Notes: generated from the sequence alone by a model not told the origin. A DNA stretch of 32,000 nucleotides from Vibrio vulnificus CMCP6 (GCF_000039765.1 NC_004459.3:2391127-2423126), one strand, 5' to 3'. Positions 21,714-31,964 are shown, counted from the stretch's first letter. A program made the numbers and translations.

Positions 21714-22367
21714 ATGAGAGATGCAGAATTTTGGCACAACAAATGGGCTAGCAACCAAATTGGCTTCCATTTGGAAGACGTTAATCCATTATTGACCCGT
21801 TTTTGGTCTGCGTTGGCACCGAAGCGAGAAGAAACGGTTTTGGTTCCACTTTGTGGTAAAACAGAAGATCTTGCGTGGTTGGCAACGAAGCATGATCACG
21901 TTGAAGGTGCTGAACTCAGTTTGATTGCCGTGCGATCGTTTTTTGCAGAGCACTTCTACACTCCGACGGTGACTCCGATTTCCGGTCAACATGAGCTATA
22001 TCAGTTTGATGAGTTGTCTATTTACGCGGGGGATTTTTTCACCGCTCCGCTCAGTAAAGCAGATTTGATATACGACCGTGCAGCTCTGATTGCGTTGCCT
22101 GAAGAGATGCGAGTGGAGTATGTACAACGCATTCGTGGTCTATTAAATCCTGGCGGGCGTATTTTACTGGTGAGTTTAGATTACCCTCAGCAAGAGATGG
22201 CCGGCCCTCCGTTTTCGGTCACTCAAGAAGAGATAGAACACTTATTTGCAGGCATGCATGTGACACGTTTGTATCAAGACATCGCGGATGAACATCATCC
22301 CAAAATTGCAAAACAAGGCTTAAGCCGCTTTAGCGAAGAAGTCTACGTTATTGAAAACGATAAATAA
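21714..22367 (+). CDS. tpm: Thiopurine S-methyltransferase family protein, 217 aa
   Basis: [27 protein letters not shown]...[16 protein letters not shown]...GAELS, typical bacterial TPMT. Confidence 0.93.
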
Positions 22368-22368
22368 C

Positions 22369-22394
22369 AAAGGGTAGCGTGAGCTACCCTTTTT
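22369..22394. terminator. Bidirectional rho-independent terminator between tpm and purT
   Basis: AAAGGGTAGC-GTGA-GCTACCCTTTTT. Confidence 0.85.
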
Positions 22395-22419
22395 AATCGG
22401 CTGAATCGAAAAACGATGT

Positions 22420-23595
22420 TCAGTAAATGATTTTGATTTTCTTAGCACTTTCTATTGCTGCATCCACCGCTTTCTCAGTGCTAGAACGACGTGTCAACAC
22501 AACACCTAAACGACGACGGCCATTAATATCGGGTTTGCCAAACAGACGCAACTGGGTTTGCGGTTGTTCAAGCGCGTCAGACATTCCGTCAAAGCGAAGG
22601 TTCTCTGATTGACCATTGCCCAAAATCACCGCTGAAGCGGAAGGGCCGTATTGAACAATCTTGTTCACTGGCATGCCAGTAAATGCACGCACGTGGAGAG
22701 CAAATTCAGACATTTCTTGTGAAATCAGTGTTACTAGCCCGGTATCGTGTGGGCGAGGGGAGACTTCATTGAAGATCACCTTGTCACCTTTTACGAAAAG
22801 TTCTACACCGAAAATACCGTAGCCACCTAACGCATTGACGACCTGTTCTGCTGTGTATTCGGCAGCTTTGATGGCATTTTCAGACATCTGCTGTGGTTGC
22901 CAAGATTCACGATAATCCCCATCTTCTTGTCGATGGCCAATAGGAGCACAGAAATGCACGCCATCAACTGCGCGAACGGTGAGTAGAGTGATCTCATAAT
23001 CGAAGTCGATAAAGCCTTCGACAATCACTCGTCCAGCGCCAGTGCGACCACCTTCTTGAGCATATTGCCATGCTTTCTCAATATCGGCTGGAGATTTAAT
23101 GACACTTTGTCCTTTGCCAGAAGAGCTCATCACGGGTTTTACGACGCAAGGAATCGACACCGCTTCAACGGCTTCGACAAATTGCTGATAGTTGTCTGCA
23201 AAGCGGTATGGTGAGGTAGTGAGGCCAAGCTCTTCTGCCGCTAGACGACGGATCCCTTCACGGTTCATTGTAAGTTTGGTTGCTTTTGCACTAGGCACCA
23301 CGTTTAAGCCTTGTTCCTCGAGCTCTACCAACTTGTCCGTTGCGATAGCCTCAATCTCTGGAACTACAAACGCAGGTTGTTCTGCGGCGATAACTTTTTC
23401 TAGCTCGCTTGCATCTAACATGTCGAAAACATAACTGCGGTGTGCTACTTGCATCGCGGGTGCATCAGGGTAGCGATCACAGGCAATCACTTCCAGCCCA
23501 AGACGTTGGCATTCGATCGCCACCTCTTTACCGAGTTCCCCAGAGCCCAAAAGTAATACGCGTGTGGCGCTTTCGCGAGTCGCGGTACCGAACAT
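22420..23595 (-). CDS. purT: Formate-dependent phosphoribosylglycinamide formyltransferase (GAR transformylase 2), 391 aa
   Basis: ATP-grasp sequence ([44 protein letters not shown]...[14 protein letters not shown]). Confidence 0.97.
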   Translation of the reverse strand: MFGTATRESATRVLLLGSGELGKEVAIECQRLGLEVIACDRYPDAPAMQVAHRSYVFDMLDASELEKVIAAEQPAFVVPEIEAIATDKLVELEEQGLNVVPSAKATKLTMNREGIRRLAAEELGLTTSPYRFADNYQQFVEAVEAVSIPCVVKPVMSSSGKGQSVIKSPADIEKAWQYAQEGGRTGAGRVIVEGFIDFDYEITLLTVRAVDGVHFCAPIGHRQEDGDYRESWQPQQMSENAIKAAEYTAEQVVNALGGYGIFGVELFVKGDKVIFNEVSPRPHDTGLVTLISQEMSEFALHVRAFTGMPVNKIVQYGPSASAVILGNGQSENLRFDGMSDALEQPQTQLRLFGKPDINGRRRLGVVLTRRSSTEKAVDAAIESAKKIKIIY

Positions 23596-23660
23596 AGTGC
23601 TTCCTTTAAAAAGTAATCAGAGAGAATAAAATTGCCGCCGATCATACTCAATTTAACCTG

Positions 23661-23680
23661 CAAAGCAAACGTTTGCTTTG
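23661..23680. promoter_or_regulatory. PurR-like operator upstream of purT
   Basis: Perfect 20-bp palindrome CAAAGCAAACGTTTGCTTTG with core GCAAACGTTTGC, matching the PurR box, 66 bp upstream of the purT start. Confidence 0.85.
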
Positions 23681-23684
23681 TGAT

Positions 23685-23714
23685 TTTAAAGAAAGCCCTA
23701 CGTAAAGTAGGGCT
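23685..23714 (-). terminator. Rho-independent terminator after cdd
   Basis: Minus strand AGCCCTAC-TTTAC-GTAGGGCT followed by TTCTTT. Confidence 0.75.
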
Positions 23715-23726
23715 GACGACATATCA

Positions 23727-24614
23727 CTATAAGCTGAGATAACTCACTGGAATATCGGGGTTTAAGGCTTCCAGTGTGGACTGGGTACATGCTAAGTGGC
23801 TAATTTTGCCTTTATGGCTTTCAACAAGCGCCGCAGACTGAATATTTTCAAATCTCTCACCCGCGAGAAGCAACTGGATCAATGCCACTTGCAGTGGTGG
23901 AAGGCTTGGGTTGAAAGCGGCATTTTCGGCGTATGCACCCAGATAAACGCGTCCACTTTCGGTCTGCAATGCCACACCGCTCAAGTTGTGCGTATAAGGT
24001 GCATGACTGCGGTTCATGGCTTCAACCGCACGTTGCATTAAGGCATCATCATCTTCAGTGGCGAAACCATGATGGACTTGGCTCATTAATGCCGATTCGA
24101 TGCCCAAATCTGATGGGCCAAATGAATCTGGCAGATAGTCGTGTAGTTTCTTTTCTTCGCGCTCTGGCAATTGAATCTTAAGCTCTTTGGCACTGGATAA
24201 TTCATTCATGAACTGACGGCAGTGACCACAAGGGCTGAAATTAATGGTGATGTCTGAAAGACCTTGCTCGCCTTTCATCCATGCATGACTAATAGCCGAT
24301 TGTTCAGCATGAACCGTTTGTCCAAGCTGGACCCCATCAAACTCCATATTCGCGCCAAAATAAAGAGCACCAGATAGGCCACGAACAATCGCACCAACAT
24401 AAAACTCAGAGATGGGCGCGTAAGAGTAAGCGGCAGCAAAGGGAAGCAACGCAACACGTAGTTGGTTATCGGTCATCCCTGTTTGCTTGAGTAACTCATC
24501 AAACTGAACTGTTGAAAGGGAAGCATCAAAGTCAGCAGCCAAAATGATAGGCGCTAGATGGCGTGAAAGTGATTCTGGTGCGCTTGCCAGCGCGTTCTCA
24601 AAGCGACTCTTCAT
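23727..24614 (-). CDS. cdd: Cytidine deaminase, about 295 aa
   Basis: [24 protein letters not shown] and [14 protein letters not shown] zinc-binding motifs. ORF opens at 24635, but MKSRFENAL (24614) is the more family-like start. Confidence 0.95.
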   Translation of the reverse strand: MKSRFENALASAPESLSRHLAPIILAADFDASLSTVQFDELLKQTGMTDNQLRVALLPFAAAYSYAPISEFYVGAIVRGLSGALYFGANMEFDGVQLGQTVHAEQSAISHAWMKGEQGLSDITINFSPCGHCRQFMNELSSAKELKIQLPEREEKKLHDYLPDSFGPSDLGIESALMSQVHHGFATEDDDALMQRAVEAMNRSHAPYTHNLSGVALQTESGRVYLGAYAENAAFNPSLPPLQVALIQLLLAGERFENIQSAALVESHKGKISHLACTQSTLEALNPDIPVSYLSL

Positions 24615-24853
24615 GGTGAATCCTTGTAATTGCATGGAAGGTTATTCTATGCAAGAACGAAAACTCTTCAGTGATCCCTGTCACTATAAACAATGTAACG
24701 GTTGTTTATGTTGCATTATTAGAGTGATGTCACAAATGTATTCGATTGCACAATGCTTCAGAAAGATAGTTGAATATTTCTCGTTATGCGAACGGCTGTC
24801 TGTTTGTAGATAATAATGGTTAGAAGACGCGATAGGGAAGCTGGAACTGACGA

Positions 24854-24884
24854 CAAAAAAATACCCTCTGCAAAGAGAGGGTAT
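24854..24884 (-). terminator. Rho-independent terminator for the small minus-strand gene
   Basis: Minus strand ATACCCTCT-CTTTGC-AGAGGGTATTTTTTT. Confidence 0.8.
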
Positions 24885-24975
24885 CGAAATCATCCATTGA
24901 TGCTTGATTCATTCCTAGTGTGGTTATCCAAGCTTATTGATTTGTCTATTTACGATAAAATATGGCTGTTTAACA

Positions 24976-25158
24976 CTATGAACTTAACATTTGACGATCG
25001 CGCATCTGTTGTTCGCCAATGTTAAACAAGCGTACGTCAATTTTTGCAATGTCATTGCATTCTTCACATGCGTGATGGCATTTGCCATCAAGATAGTCAT
25101 GTCTAGTCAGCATTCTTGGCTTTTTGCACCAATCACAGGTGCCTTCAATTGTAAACAT
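24976..25158 (-). CDS. Small zinc-ribbon-like protein, 60 aa
   Basis: Cys pattern CDWCKKPR...CHHACEECND; followed by a clear terminator about 90 bp downstream. Confidence 0.6.
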   Translation of the reverse strand: MFTIEGTCDWCKKPRMLTRHDYLDGKCHHACEECNDIAKIDVRLFNIGEQQMRDRQMLSS

Positions 25159-25329
25159 CTCGTTCTCCCCACCTAGAGTCTTGGTTAGGTGTTATTTTGC
25201 GGCGCTATTATGCCATAACTTTTCTATGGGTGTTAAATGTCTGTAAATAAAATTTGAGAGCGTGATCGATTGCGAGAGTAGATTATATGGGTGTTTCGCG
25301 TTTTGATTGATATATCAACAATTGCAGTG

Positions 25330-26334
25330 TTACTTATTTGTAACATTTTGTAATAGTACTTTTAATGCCCCGTTTAGGCGCTTCATTTCCTCTTCACTAC
25401 CCCTGGCATCTGGGTGGTAGAGTTTCGATAGTTGGCGGAAGCGAATTTTGATCGACTTTTCATCAGGAATGTTACTTGGCAGGTAACCAAACATCGCGCA
25501 AGCCAGCGCTACCTTATGATTTTTTTGTTGATTCTGCAGTTTTTTGTACTCGTTAAAGACTTTTTCTAACTGGCGTTTTAACTGCTTGTTACTGAACTGC
25601 TGACTTTTCAGTTCCTTTTCTAGTGTTAAGTCGCGGTCTATTTGCTGAGTGAGTCGACGTCTTCGTATTGTGCGCGCTAAAGAGACGGCTACAAGAATAA
25701 CACTGAGCAATAGAGCAATAGGGATCCAATCACTGACTACAGAAGCACTGTTTTTTTGCGAGAAATTGGTTTGGTTTGATGTGAGCGAATGCTCGTCAAC
25801 GGGTTCCGCCAAAGCACTATCGAGCTGCGATATCGCAGAGACTTGCTTGGCACGCAACTGGTTGAATTTAAGTTCAAGTATGCGATTGTATTCTTGATCA
25901 GCTTGCTGATTAGTTTGGGCTGCAATACCAAACCACTGTTGAGCAAGGTCAAGATTGTTAAATTCATTGCCGTGTTGTTCATACAGATTGCCCAAACGCA
26001 GCAGGGCAACTTGATTACCTTGGAGTGCCGAGTGGAGGTACCAATTTGCGGCGCTTTTAATATTGACTTGCGTCCCTATGCCACTTTCTAAAGCTTGTGC
26101 GAGTTTAAACTGCGCAGGCTCATAACCTAACTCAGCGGATTGTTGGTACCAATAGAAAGCATCGACAGAAGCCGTGTCATCTTGGTGCTGTTCGAGTTGA
26201 ACAGCGAGCTGATATTGTGCCTTGGGATCTTGCTGATTGGCTTTTGCTGTTAACTCCTGCGTGCTTTCTGCATGAGAGCGAAAAGAAAGCATCAGGAACA
26301 TGAGCGAAGTAACAAGCAAAATGGGTTTGCGCAA
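25330..26334 (-). CDS. Sel1-repeat protein with a single TM segment and C-terminal J domain, 334 aa
   Basis: Signal peptide ...SHA; Sel1-like repeats (AFYWYQQSAELGYEPAQFKLAQALESGIGT..., SAANWYLHSALQGNQVALLRLGNLY); TM WIPIALLLSVILVAVSLA; C-terminal YHPDARG J-domain HPD motif. Confidence 0.8.
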   Translation of the reverse strand: MRKPILLVTSLMFLMLSFRSHAESTQELTAKANQQDPKAQYQLAVQLEQHQDDTASVDAFYWYQQSAELGYEPAQFKLAQALESGIGTQVNIKSAANWYLHSALQGNQVALLRLGNLYEQHGNEFNNLDLAQQWFGIAAQTNQQADQEYNRILELKFNQLRAKQVSAISQLDSALAEPVDEHSLTSNQTNFSQKNSASVVSDWIPIALLLSVILVAVSLARTIRRRRLTQQIDRDLTLEKELKSQQFSNKQLKRQLEKVFNEYKKLQNQQKNHKVALACAMFGYLPSNIPDEKSIKIRFRQLSKLYHPDARGSEEEMKRLNGALKVLLQNVTNK

Positions 26335-26426
26335 AATGGGATCTCTAGAGGTTAGGTTCAGCCCAAATTATAGACTGAACCTAATGTGAAATCAGCAGCT
26401 AAGCCAAAATTGCCATATTTACGTTA

Positions 26427-27098
26427 TTACTTAAGTGGTAGGATTTGTATCTCGACACGGCGGTTACAAGCTCGGCCTTCTGCAGTGCTGTTGGTGCAAA
26501 GAGGGTAGCGCTCACCGTTGCCTCGTGCGACGGCTCGGCCTGCAGCAACGTTTTGAGAAATCAGGAAGCTACGGACGGATTCTGCGCGACGCTCAGAGAG
26601 AATTTGGTTAGAGGCATCATTGCCTGTACTGTCAGTAAAACCATCGATGACTAAGCTGGTATCTGGGTACTCAACTAAGATTTGCGCCACACCTTTAAGG
26701 GTATTGTGAATACTGCTATCCAGAGCATAAGAGCTTGAGCTGAAACCGATGCCATTTTCAAGACGTAACAGCAATTGATTTTCGCCAACACGTTCGACTT
26801 GAACGCCAGAATTAAGCAGTGCTTCACGCAGTGCTTTCTCTTGTTGGTCAAAGTAGTAGCCAACACCACCACCAATAGCGGCTCCGCCTGCTGCGCCGAT
26901 CAGGGCACGTTTACCACGATCTTTTTTGTCGCCCGTTGCCGCGCCAGCGACTGCGCCTGCAATCGCACCAATCAGTGCGCCTTTAGTGGCTGAGTTGGTT
27001 TCAGATTCGCCAGTGGTTGCATTCTGACGTTGAGTTGCCTGACATCCGCTTAGAGTCAGAAGAATCGCTAAAGCAATAGAAACTTTTTTCAAAGTCAT
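26427..27098 (-). CDS. OmpA-family lipoprotein with glycine-zipper domain, 223 aa
   Basis: Lipobox LSGC; glycine zipper (GALIGAIAGAVAGAATG...GAAGGAAIGGGVGYYFDQQE); OmpA C-terminal peptidoglycan-binding signature (DGFTDSTGNDASNQILSERRAESVRSFL...GNGERYP...NRRVEI). Confidence 0.92.
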   Translation of the reverse strand: MTLKKVSIALAILLTLSGCQATQRQNATTGESETNSATKGALIGAIAGAVAGAATGDKKDRGKRALIGAAGGAAIGGGVGYYFDQQEKALREALLNSGVQVERVGENQLLLRLENGIGFSSSSYALDSSIHNTLKGVAQILVEYPDTSLVIDGFTDSTGNDASNQILSERRAESVRSFLISQNVAAGRAVARGNGERYPLCTNSTAEGRACNRRVEIQILPLK

Positions 27099-27179
27099 CT
27101 CTCCATGTACATTCAGAGGCTAACTGCTGCCTCCGTGCGGATTATTCAGCAAGTCAATGAGAGAAATGTCAGTGTAAGG

Positions 27180-27881
27180 TTATCTTTTTTCGATTTGTTT
27201 CATTGCTTGAGCACCACCAACCGGGCGGTTAACCGACACTTTGCGCCCTTTTTTCAGGCCCACTTCGTAATCGGCAGTGAGATTTTTCATCGCCTCACGC
27301 AACTGCTGCTTAAAGGTTTCACGATCGATGTTTTGGAACTCTTTATCGATGTAGTTATTGATTTTGTTAGCCGATTCTTCATCAGGCGTGATCACTGGCA
27401 GTTTTTCCAATGCGCCCTCTACCCAACCAGAGACAAACGAGTTGACTCGGCGTGTCACCTCAAGTGAAGAGGTGCCAGAGCCTGCAAAGCTATTGCGGAA
27501 TTGGCCCGTGCTTTCGTTCATTTCACGGTAAATAATGTCAAAGGCGAAAGCGGCGAAAATAGCACGGTCAGCTTCACCAATAAACTCTAAGCGTTTGAGT
27601 CCCTTATGGTTAAGCAACACTGCTTCTACACCAAATTTGGTATTGATGCCACGAATAACACGCAGTAAGACGGAACTGATACTCGCAGGCAGAAGATGGG
27701 TTGATTGAGTTTTTCCCATCTTAATGAACTCGATATCGTCTTTGTCGAGGCCATACTTGAGCATCAAGCGATGCGCCATCTTAATCGCGTTGGCCGCTTC
27801 GTTGACATTGGCGGAGTTGCCTAGCTCTAGGCATTTGGCAATTTTCTTCAGCGCTTTTTGTTTATCCATAGACAATGGCAA
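27180..27881 (-). CDS. DUF2786 domain-containing protein, 233 aa
   Basis: MDKQKALKKIAKCLELGNSANVNEAANAIKMAHRLMLKYGL, typical DUF2786 N-terminus. Confidence 0.8.
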   Translation of the reverse strand: MPLSMDKQKALKKIAKCLELGNSANVNEAANAIKMAHRLMLKYGLDKDDIEFIKMGKTQSTHLLPASISSVLLRVIRGINTKFGVEAVLLNHKGLKRLEFIGEADRAIFAAFAFDIIYREMNESTGQFRNSFAGSGTSSLEVTRRVNSFVSGWVEGALEKLPVITPDEESANKINNYIDKEFQNIDRETFKQQLREAMKNLTADYEVGLKKGRKVSVNRPVGGAQAMKQIEKR

Positions 27882-27960
27882 AAACCTAACTCAATCAGCA
27901 AAGTCGGACATCATACCTTTTTTTCGGCAAAATTTGAATCCTTGCGAGAGGTGCGGTGAC

Positions 27961-27991
27961 AAAAAAGCCGTGTCACAGTGGACACGGCTTT
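27961..27991 (-). terminator. Rho-independent terminator downstream of the DUF3334 gene
   Basis: Minus strand AAAGCCGTGTC-CACTGT-GACACGGCTTTTTT. Confidence 0.85.
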
Positions 27992-28016
27992 AGCGGGCTA
28001 GATGTTGCGAAAAGGC

Positions 28017-28712
28017 TTAGATACCCAGTTCATCAAGCAAATCTGAGGTAATGTCTAATTCTTCTTCTGATGAGTTGCTCTCTGCTTTCTTGCCGCGCAT
28101 GTTTGCTTGCGCCGCTTCTAAAATATCATCCGGATTCTCATCTTCAGCGACTTCGAAATCTTCAAGCTGAATAAATTCAGTTTTATCCATCGCAAGCTCT
28201 AAGTAGAAGATGTTGTTATTTGCCGTTGAGAAGGTCACGCGACGCGCTTGTGGGCGGTCTAGGTTGGTATCCACCGAAAGAATAACCTGTTTGTTCAGAG
28301 ACAACATTTTGGGTTGATTTTGGGTGATGTTGGTTTGCAGTTCTTTGCGAATTTTATTGGTGAAATCACCGACTAATTGGTTCATCAACTCACCCAGCAC
28401 ATCGCCCACTTCATCGGAGGTGTGCAACACAGCCAGTTCTTCTTCTGGCATGCCCATATTGCGCATGTAATTGGTGTAAATCTCTAATGCTGCTTTTGCG
28501 GTAAAGTTGATGACGACAAGGCCAGTAAAACCACCATCAAAAAGAACAAAACAGCCGAAATCAGGCTTTAGACTGGTTTTGTTGATTTTCTGCACCATTG
28601 CAGAATAGTGAATTTGAGAAGAGGTGGCAGAAGTGAGCACTCCAGATACGGACTGACACAGTTTTAACAAGATATCTTCGGTCGTAACGACTCTGTTTTT
28701 TTTCATTATCAA
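28017..28712 (-). CDS. DUF3334 family protein (possible CheX/CheC-like fold), 231 aa
   Basis: Sequence resembles Vibrio DUF3334 proteins; SDEVGDVLGELMNQLVGDF resembles the CheC/CheX helix region. Assignment from memory. Confidence 0.65.
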   Translation of the reverse strand: MIMKKNRVVTTEDILLKLCQSVSGVLTSATSSQIHYSAMVQKINKTSLKPDFGCFVLFDGGFTGLVVINFTAKAALEIYTNYMRNMGMPEEELAVLHTSDEVGDVLGELMNQLVGDFTNKIRKELQTNITQNQPKMLSLNKQVILSVDTNLDRPQARRVTFSTANNNIFYLELAMDKTEFIQLEDFEVAEDENPDDILEAAQANMRGKKAESNSSEEELDITSDLLDELGI

Positions 28713-28919
28713 TGCTCTGTTTAAGTTCTTTACATATGGTCTTTCAATGACTTTAGGTGGGTATCACCGGAAAAGAAAGTACAACTTTCATTTTTGCATT
28801 CAGATTCTGTTTTGATCACCTTTTTAAATGTTGTAAAGTGACGAAATTCAAAGATTAATTTCTAACTCTAATCATAAACCCGTAGCTGATAGGATCAGTG
28901 TTGTAGGGGCAGGAAGCAA

Positions 28920-31900
28920 ATGTTACCAAGACTTAATACTCAATCGGATGTTGATCCCGTTGTCCTGAGTTTTCTCAAAGAACTTGAGCAAGCTGGTTTC
29001 AACGGTGATATTGAATCCCACTACGCGAGCCGCTTGGCGGTGGCAACCGACAACAGTGTATACCAACAACTCCCTCAAGCGGTGCTTTTACCCAAAACAA
29101 CGGAAGATGTGGCACTTATTGCCAAGCTTAGCCTAAATCCGCTCTTTGAGCGCGTGACATTTTCGCCCAGAGGCGGTGGTACGGGGACAAATGGGCAGTC
29201 GTTGACCAAAGGTGTTGTGGTTGATCTCTCTCGCCATATGAACAAAGTCTTGGAGATCAATGAACAAGAAGGTTGGGTTCGAGTTCAGGCTGGGGTAGTG
29301 AAAGATCAACTCAACGATGCAGTCAGACCATTTGGTTACTTTTTTTCACCGGATCTTTCTACCAGTAACCGTGCAACCTTGGGAGGTATGATTAACACCG
29401 ATGCCTCAGGACAAGGTTCACTGAAGTATGGCAAAACCTCTGATCATGTTTTGTCACTGCAAGCGGTTTTTGCCGATGGTTCGGTCCTCGAATCGGACCT
29501 CTCAAAAGGCTTGCCTGAGGAAGGTCAGTACGCATACCACGCTTTACAAACGACGGAAGCCGTTTGTCGAGAAAAGCGTCAGCAGATTTTAGCGAAATTC
29601 CCGCCATTGAACCGCTTTCTAACCGGTTATGATTTAAAAAATGCAATTGAAGAGCAAACCGGCGAGTTTAACTTTACTCGGGTACTCTGTGGCGCCGAGG
29701 GTTCACTGGCGTTCATCACTGAAGCCAAACTCAACCTTACGCCAATTCCGAAAGCGCGCACGCTCGTAAATGTAAAATACAACAGTTTCGATGCTGCGCT
29801 ACGTAATGCGCCCTTTATGGTTGAGGCAAAAGCGCTGTCTGTTGAAACCGTCGATTCCAAAGTCCTGAATCTCGCTAAGCAAGACATTGTTTGGCACAGC
29901 GTGAGTGATTTGATTACCGATGTACCCGGGCTGGAGATGCTCGGTTTAAACATGGTGGAGTACGCAGGTGAAAATGAGCTAGAAGTCGCTGAGCAAGTAG
30001 CCGCGCTGACCAGCAAACTCGATAGCATGCTAGAACACGGTGAAGCTGGCATTATTGGCTATCAAGTGTGTAACGACGTGGCTAGCTTGGGGCGTATCTA
30101 CAACATGCGTAAGAAAGCGGTTGGCTTGCTTGGTGCTGCGAAAGGACGAGCCAAACCGGTCGCGTTTGCGGAAGATACCTGCGTGCCACCAGAAAATTTG
30201 GCCGATTTTATCGCTGAGTTTCGTCAATTGCTGGACAGTAAAAATCTCGAGTACGGTATGTTTGGTCATGTGGACGCCGGGGTTTTGCATGTTCGTCCTG
30301 CACTTGATCTATGCGACCCGACACAAGAACTGCTCATGCATGAGGTGTCTGATGACGTTGTCAAACTGGTTGCGAAATATGGCGGTTTGATGTGGGGTGA
30401 GCATGGTAAGGGTTTTCGCTCAGAATACGGCCCTGACTTTTTTGGTCAAGAGCTGTTTACCGAGCTAAGACGCATTAAAGCGGCGTTCGATCCTCACAAT
30501 AAAATGAACCCAGGTAAGATCTGTACACCACTTGGTAGCGATGCAGAACTCGTCAAAGTCTCTGATACCAAAAGGGGTTTTTACGATCGCCAAATCGACG
30601 TAAAAGTGCGCGACAGCTTCAAACAGGCGATGGAATGTAATGGCAATGGCTTGTGTTTTAACTACGATACAAGCTCGCCAATGTGTCCCTCGATGAAAGT
30701 GACGGCAGACAGACGCCATTCACCAAAAGGTCGTGCAGGTTTGGTTCGTGAATGGTTGCGCCAGTTGACTGAGCAGGGCATTGATATTTTGGATTTGGAA
30801 GCTCAAACCCTACAGGGTTCTCCGACCATTAAGAACATGCTTGATCGAGTCCGTAATCGAATTAATCAGCGTCATGAGTACGACTTCTCTCATGAAGTGT
30901 ATGAGGCTATGAATGGTTGTTTGGCGTGTAAAGCGTGTGCCAGCCAATGCCCAATTAAAGTGGATGTGCCGAGCTTCCGTTCGCGCTTTCTCAACATCTA
31001 CCACAGCCGTTATCAACGCCCGGCGAAGGATTATCTGGTTGCGAACATCGAAACCTTGTTACCTATCATGTCTAAAGCGCCACGCTTGATTAATGGTGTG
31101 ATTCGCCAGTCGTGGATGCAAAGCTTAACGGAGAAAACGGTCGGTTACGTGGACACACCTTTATTGTCGGTCCCAACCTTGAAGCAGCGACTGGCAACAC
31201 TTAAAGAGTTTGATTTACAACAGTTAAATGCGCTTTCAAGTGATGAAAAACGCGATCACGTCTTGATTGTGCAAGATCCCTTTACCAGCTATTACGATGC
31301 ACAGGTTGTTGAAGATTTTGCTGCGTTAGTCACAAGCTTAGGTAAGACGCCAATATTGTTGCCGTTCAAACCCAATGGTAAAGCGCAACACATCAAAGGC
31401 TTTTTAAAGCGTTTTGCGGCAACTGCGAGTGATACTGCGAAGTTCCTAGAGCTGGTGGCAGATTTAGCGATTCCTATGGTTGGTGTCGATCCTGCATTGG
31501 TGCTTTGCTATCGTGATGAATACCAAGAGATCTTAGGGGACAAACGAGGCGATTTTCAAGTGCTCACTGCGCACGAGTGGTTACTGCCTCGTCTAGCGGA
31601 GTTTGATGTAACCAAAGGCAGCGCGGAGCCGCCTTGGTATTTGCTGGCGCATTGTACAGAAAAGACGAAATTACCGAACGCGGAAAAAGAGTGGGGCACT
31701 ATTTTTGCTCATTTTGGCGCTCAGCTTAATACCGTCCCAGTTGGTTGCTGTGGTATGGCTGGCACGTTTGGCCACGAAAGTGACAAGCTACAAATGTCGA
31801 AAGATATCTACGCCTTGAGCTGGCAGCCAAGTTTGGAGACATTACCAAAAGAGCGTTGCTTGATCACTGGCTACTCATGCCGCTCTCAAGTGAAGCGCTT

Positions 31901-31964
31901 TGAAGGCGTTCAACCTCTCCATCCGGTGCAAGCACTGCTTTCCATCTGTCGCCAGAATGGATGA
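28920..31964 (+). CDS. ydiJ: FAD-binding and (Fe-S)-binding oxidoreductase (YdiJ; D-2-hydroxyglutarate dehydrogenase-type), 1014 aa
   Basis: FAD-binding PP-loop region (TFSPRGGGTGTNGQSLTKG), NGNGLCFNYDTSSPMCPSM and CLACKACASQCPIKVDVP Fe-S motifs, C-terminal CCG-type GCCGMAGTFGHES. Confidence 0.92.
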   Translation: MLPRLNTQSDVDPVVLSFLKELEQAGFNGDIESHYASRLAVATDNSVYQQLPQAVLLPKTTEDVALIAKLSLNPLFERVTFSPRGGGTGTNGQSLTKGVVVDLSRHMNKVLEINEQEGWVRVQAGVVKDQLNDAVRPFGYFFSPDLSTSNRATLGGMINTDASGQGSLKYGKTSDHVLSLQAVFADGSVLESDLSKGLPEEGQYAYHALQTTEAVCREKRQQILAKFPPLNRFLTGYDLKNAIEEQTGEFNFTRVLCGAEGSLAFITEAKLNLTPIPKARTLVNVKYNSFDAALRNAPFMVEAKALSVETVDSKVLNLAKQDIVWHSVSDLITDVPGLEMLGLNMVEYAGENELEVAEQVAALTSKLDSMLEHGEAGIIGYQVCNDVASLGRIYNMRKKAVGLLGAAKGRAKPVAFAEDTCVPPENLADFIAEFRQLLDSKNLEYGMFGHVDAGVLHVRPALDLCDPTQELLMHEVSDDVVKLVAKYGGLMWGEHGKGFRSEYGPDFFGQELFTELRRIKAAFDPHNKMNPGKICTPLGSDAELVKVSDTKRGFYDRQIDVKVRDSFKQAMECNGNGLCFNYDTSSPMCPSMKVTADRRHSPKGRAGLVREWLRQLTEQGIDILDLEAQTLQGSPTIKNMLDRVRNRINQRHEYDFSHEVYEAMNGCLACKACASQCPIKVDVPSFRSRFLNIYHSRYQRPAKDYLVANIETLLPIMSKAPRLINGVIRQSWMQSLTEKTVGYVDTPLLSVPTLKQRLATLKEFDLQQLNALSSDEKRDHVLIVQDPFTSYYDAQVVEDFAALVTSLGKTPILLPFKPNGKAQHIKGFLKRFAATASDTAKFLELVADLAIPMVGVDPALVLCYRDEYQEILGDKRGDFQVLTAHEWLLPRLAEFDVTKGSAEPPWYLLAHCTEKTKLPNAEKEWGTIFAHFGAQLNTVPVGCCGMAGTFGHESDKLQMSKDIYALSWQPSLETLPKERCLITGYSCRSQVKRFEGVQPLHPVQALLSICRQNG

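Noticed and set aside
29075-31016. Antisense and alternate-frame ORFs (up to 141 aa) inside ydiJ.
   Set aside because: Overlapped by a strongly supported 1014-aa CDS with multiple catalytic and Fe-S motifs.
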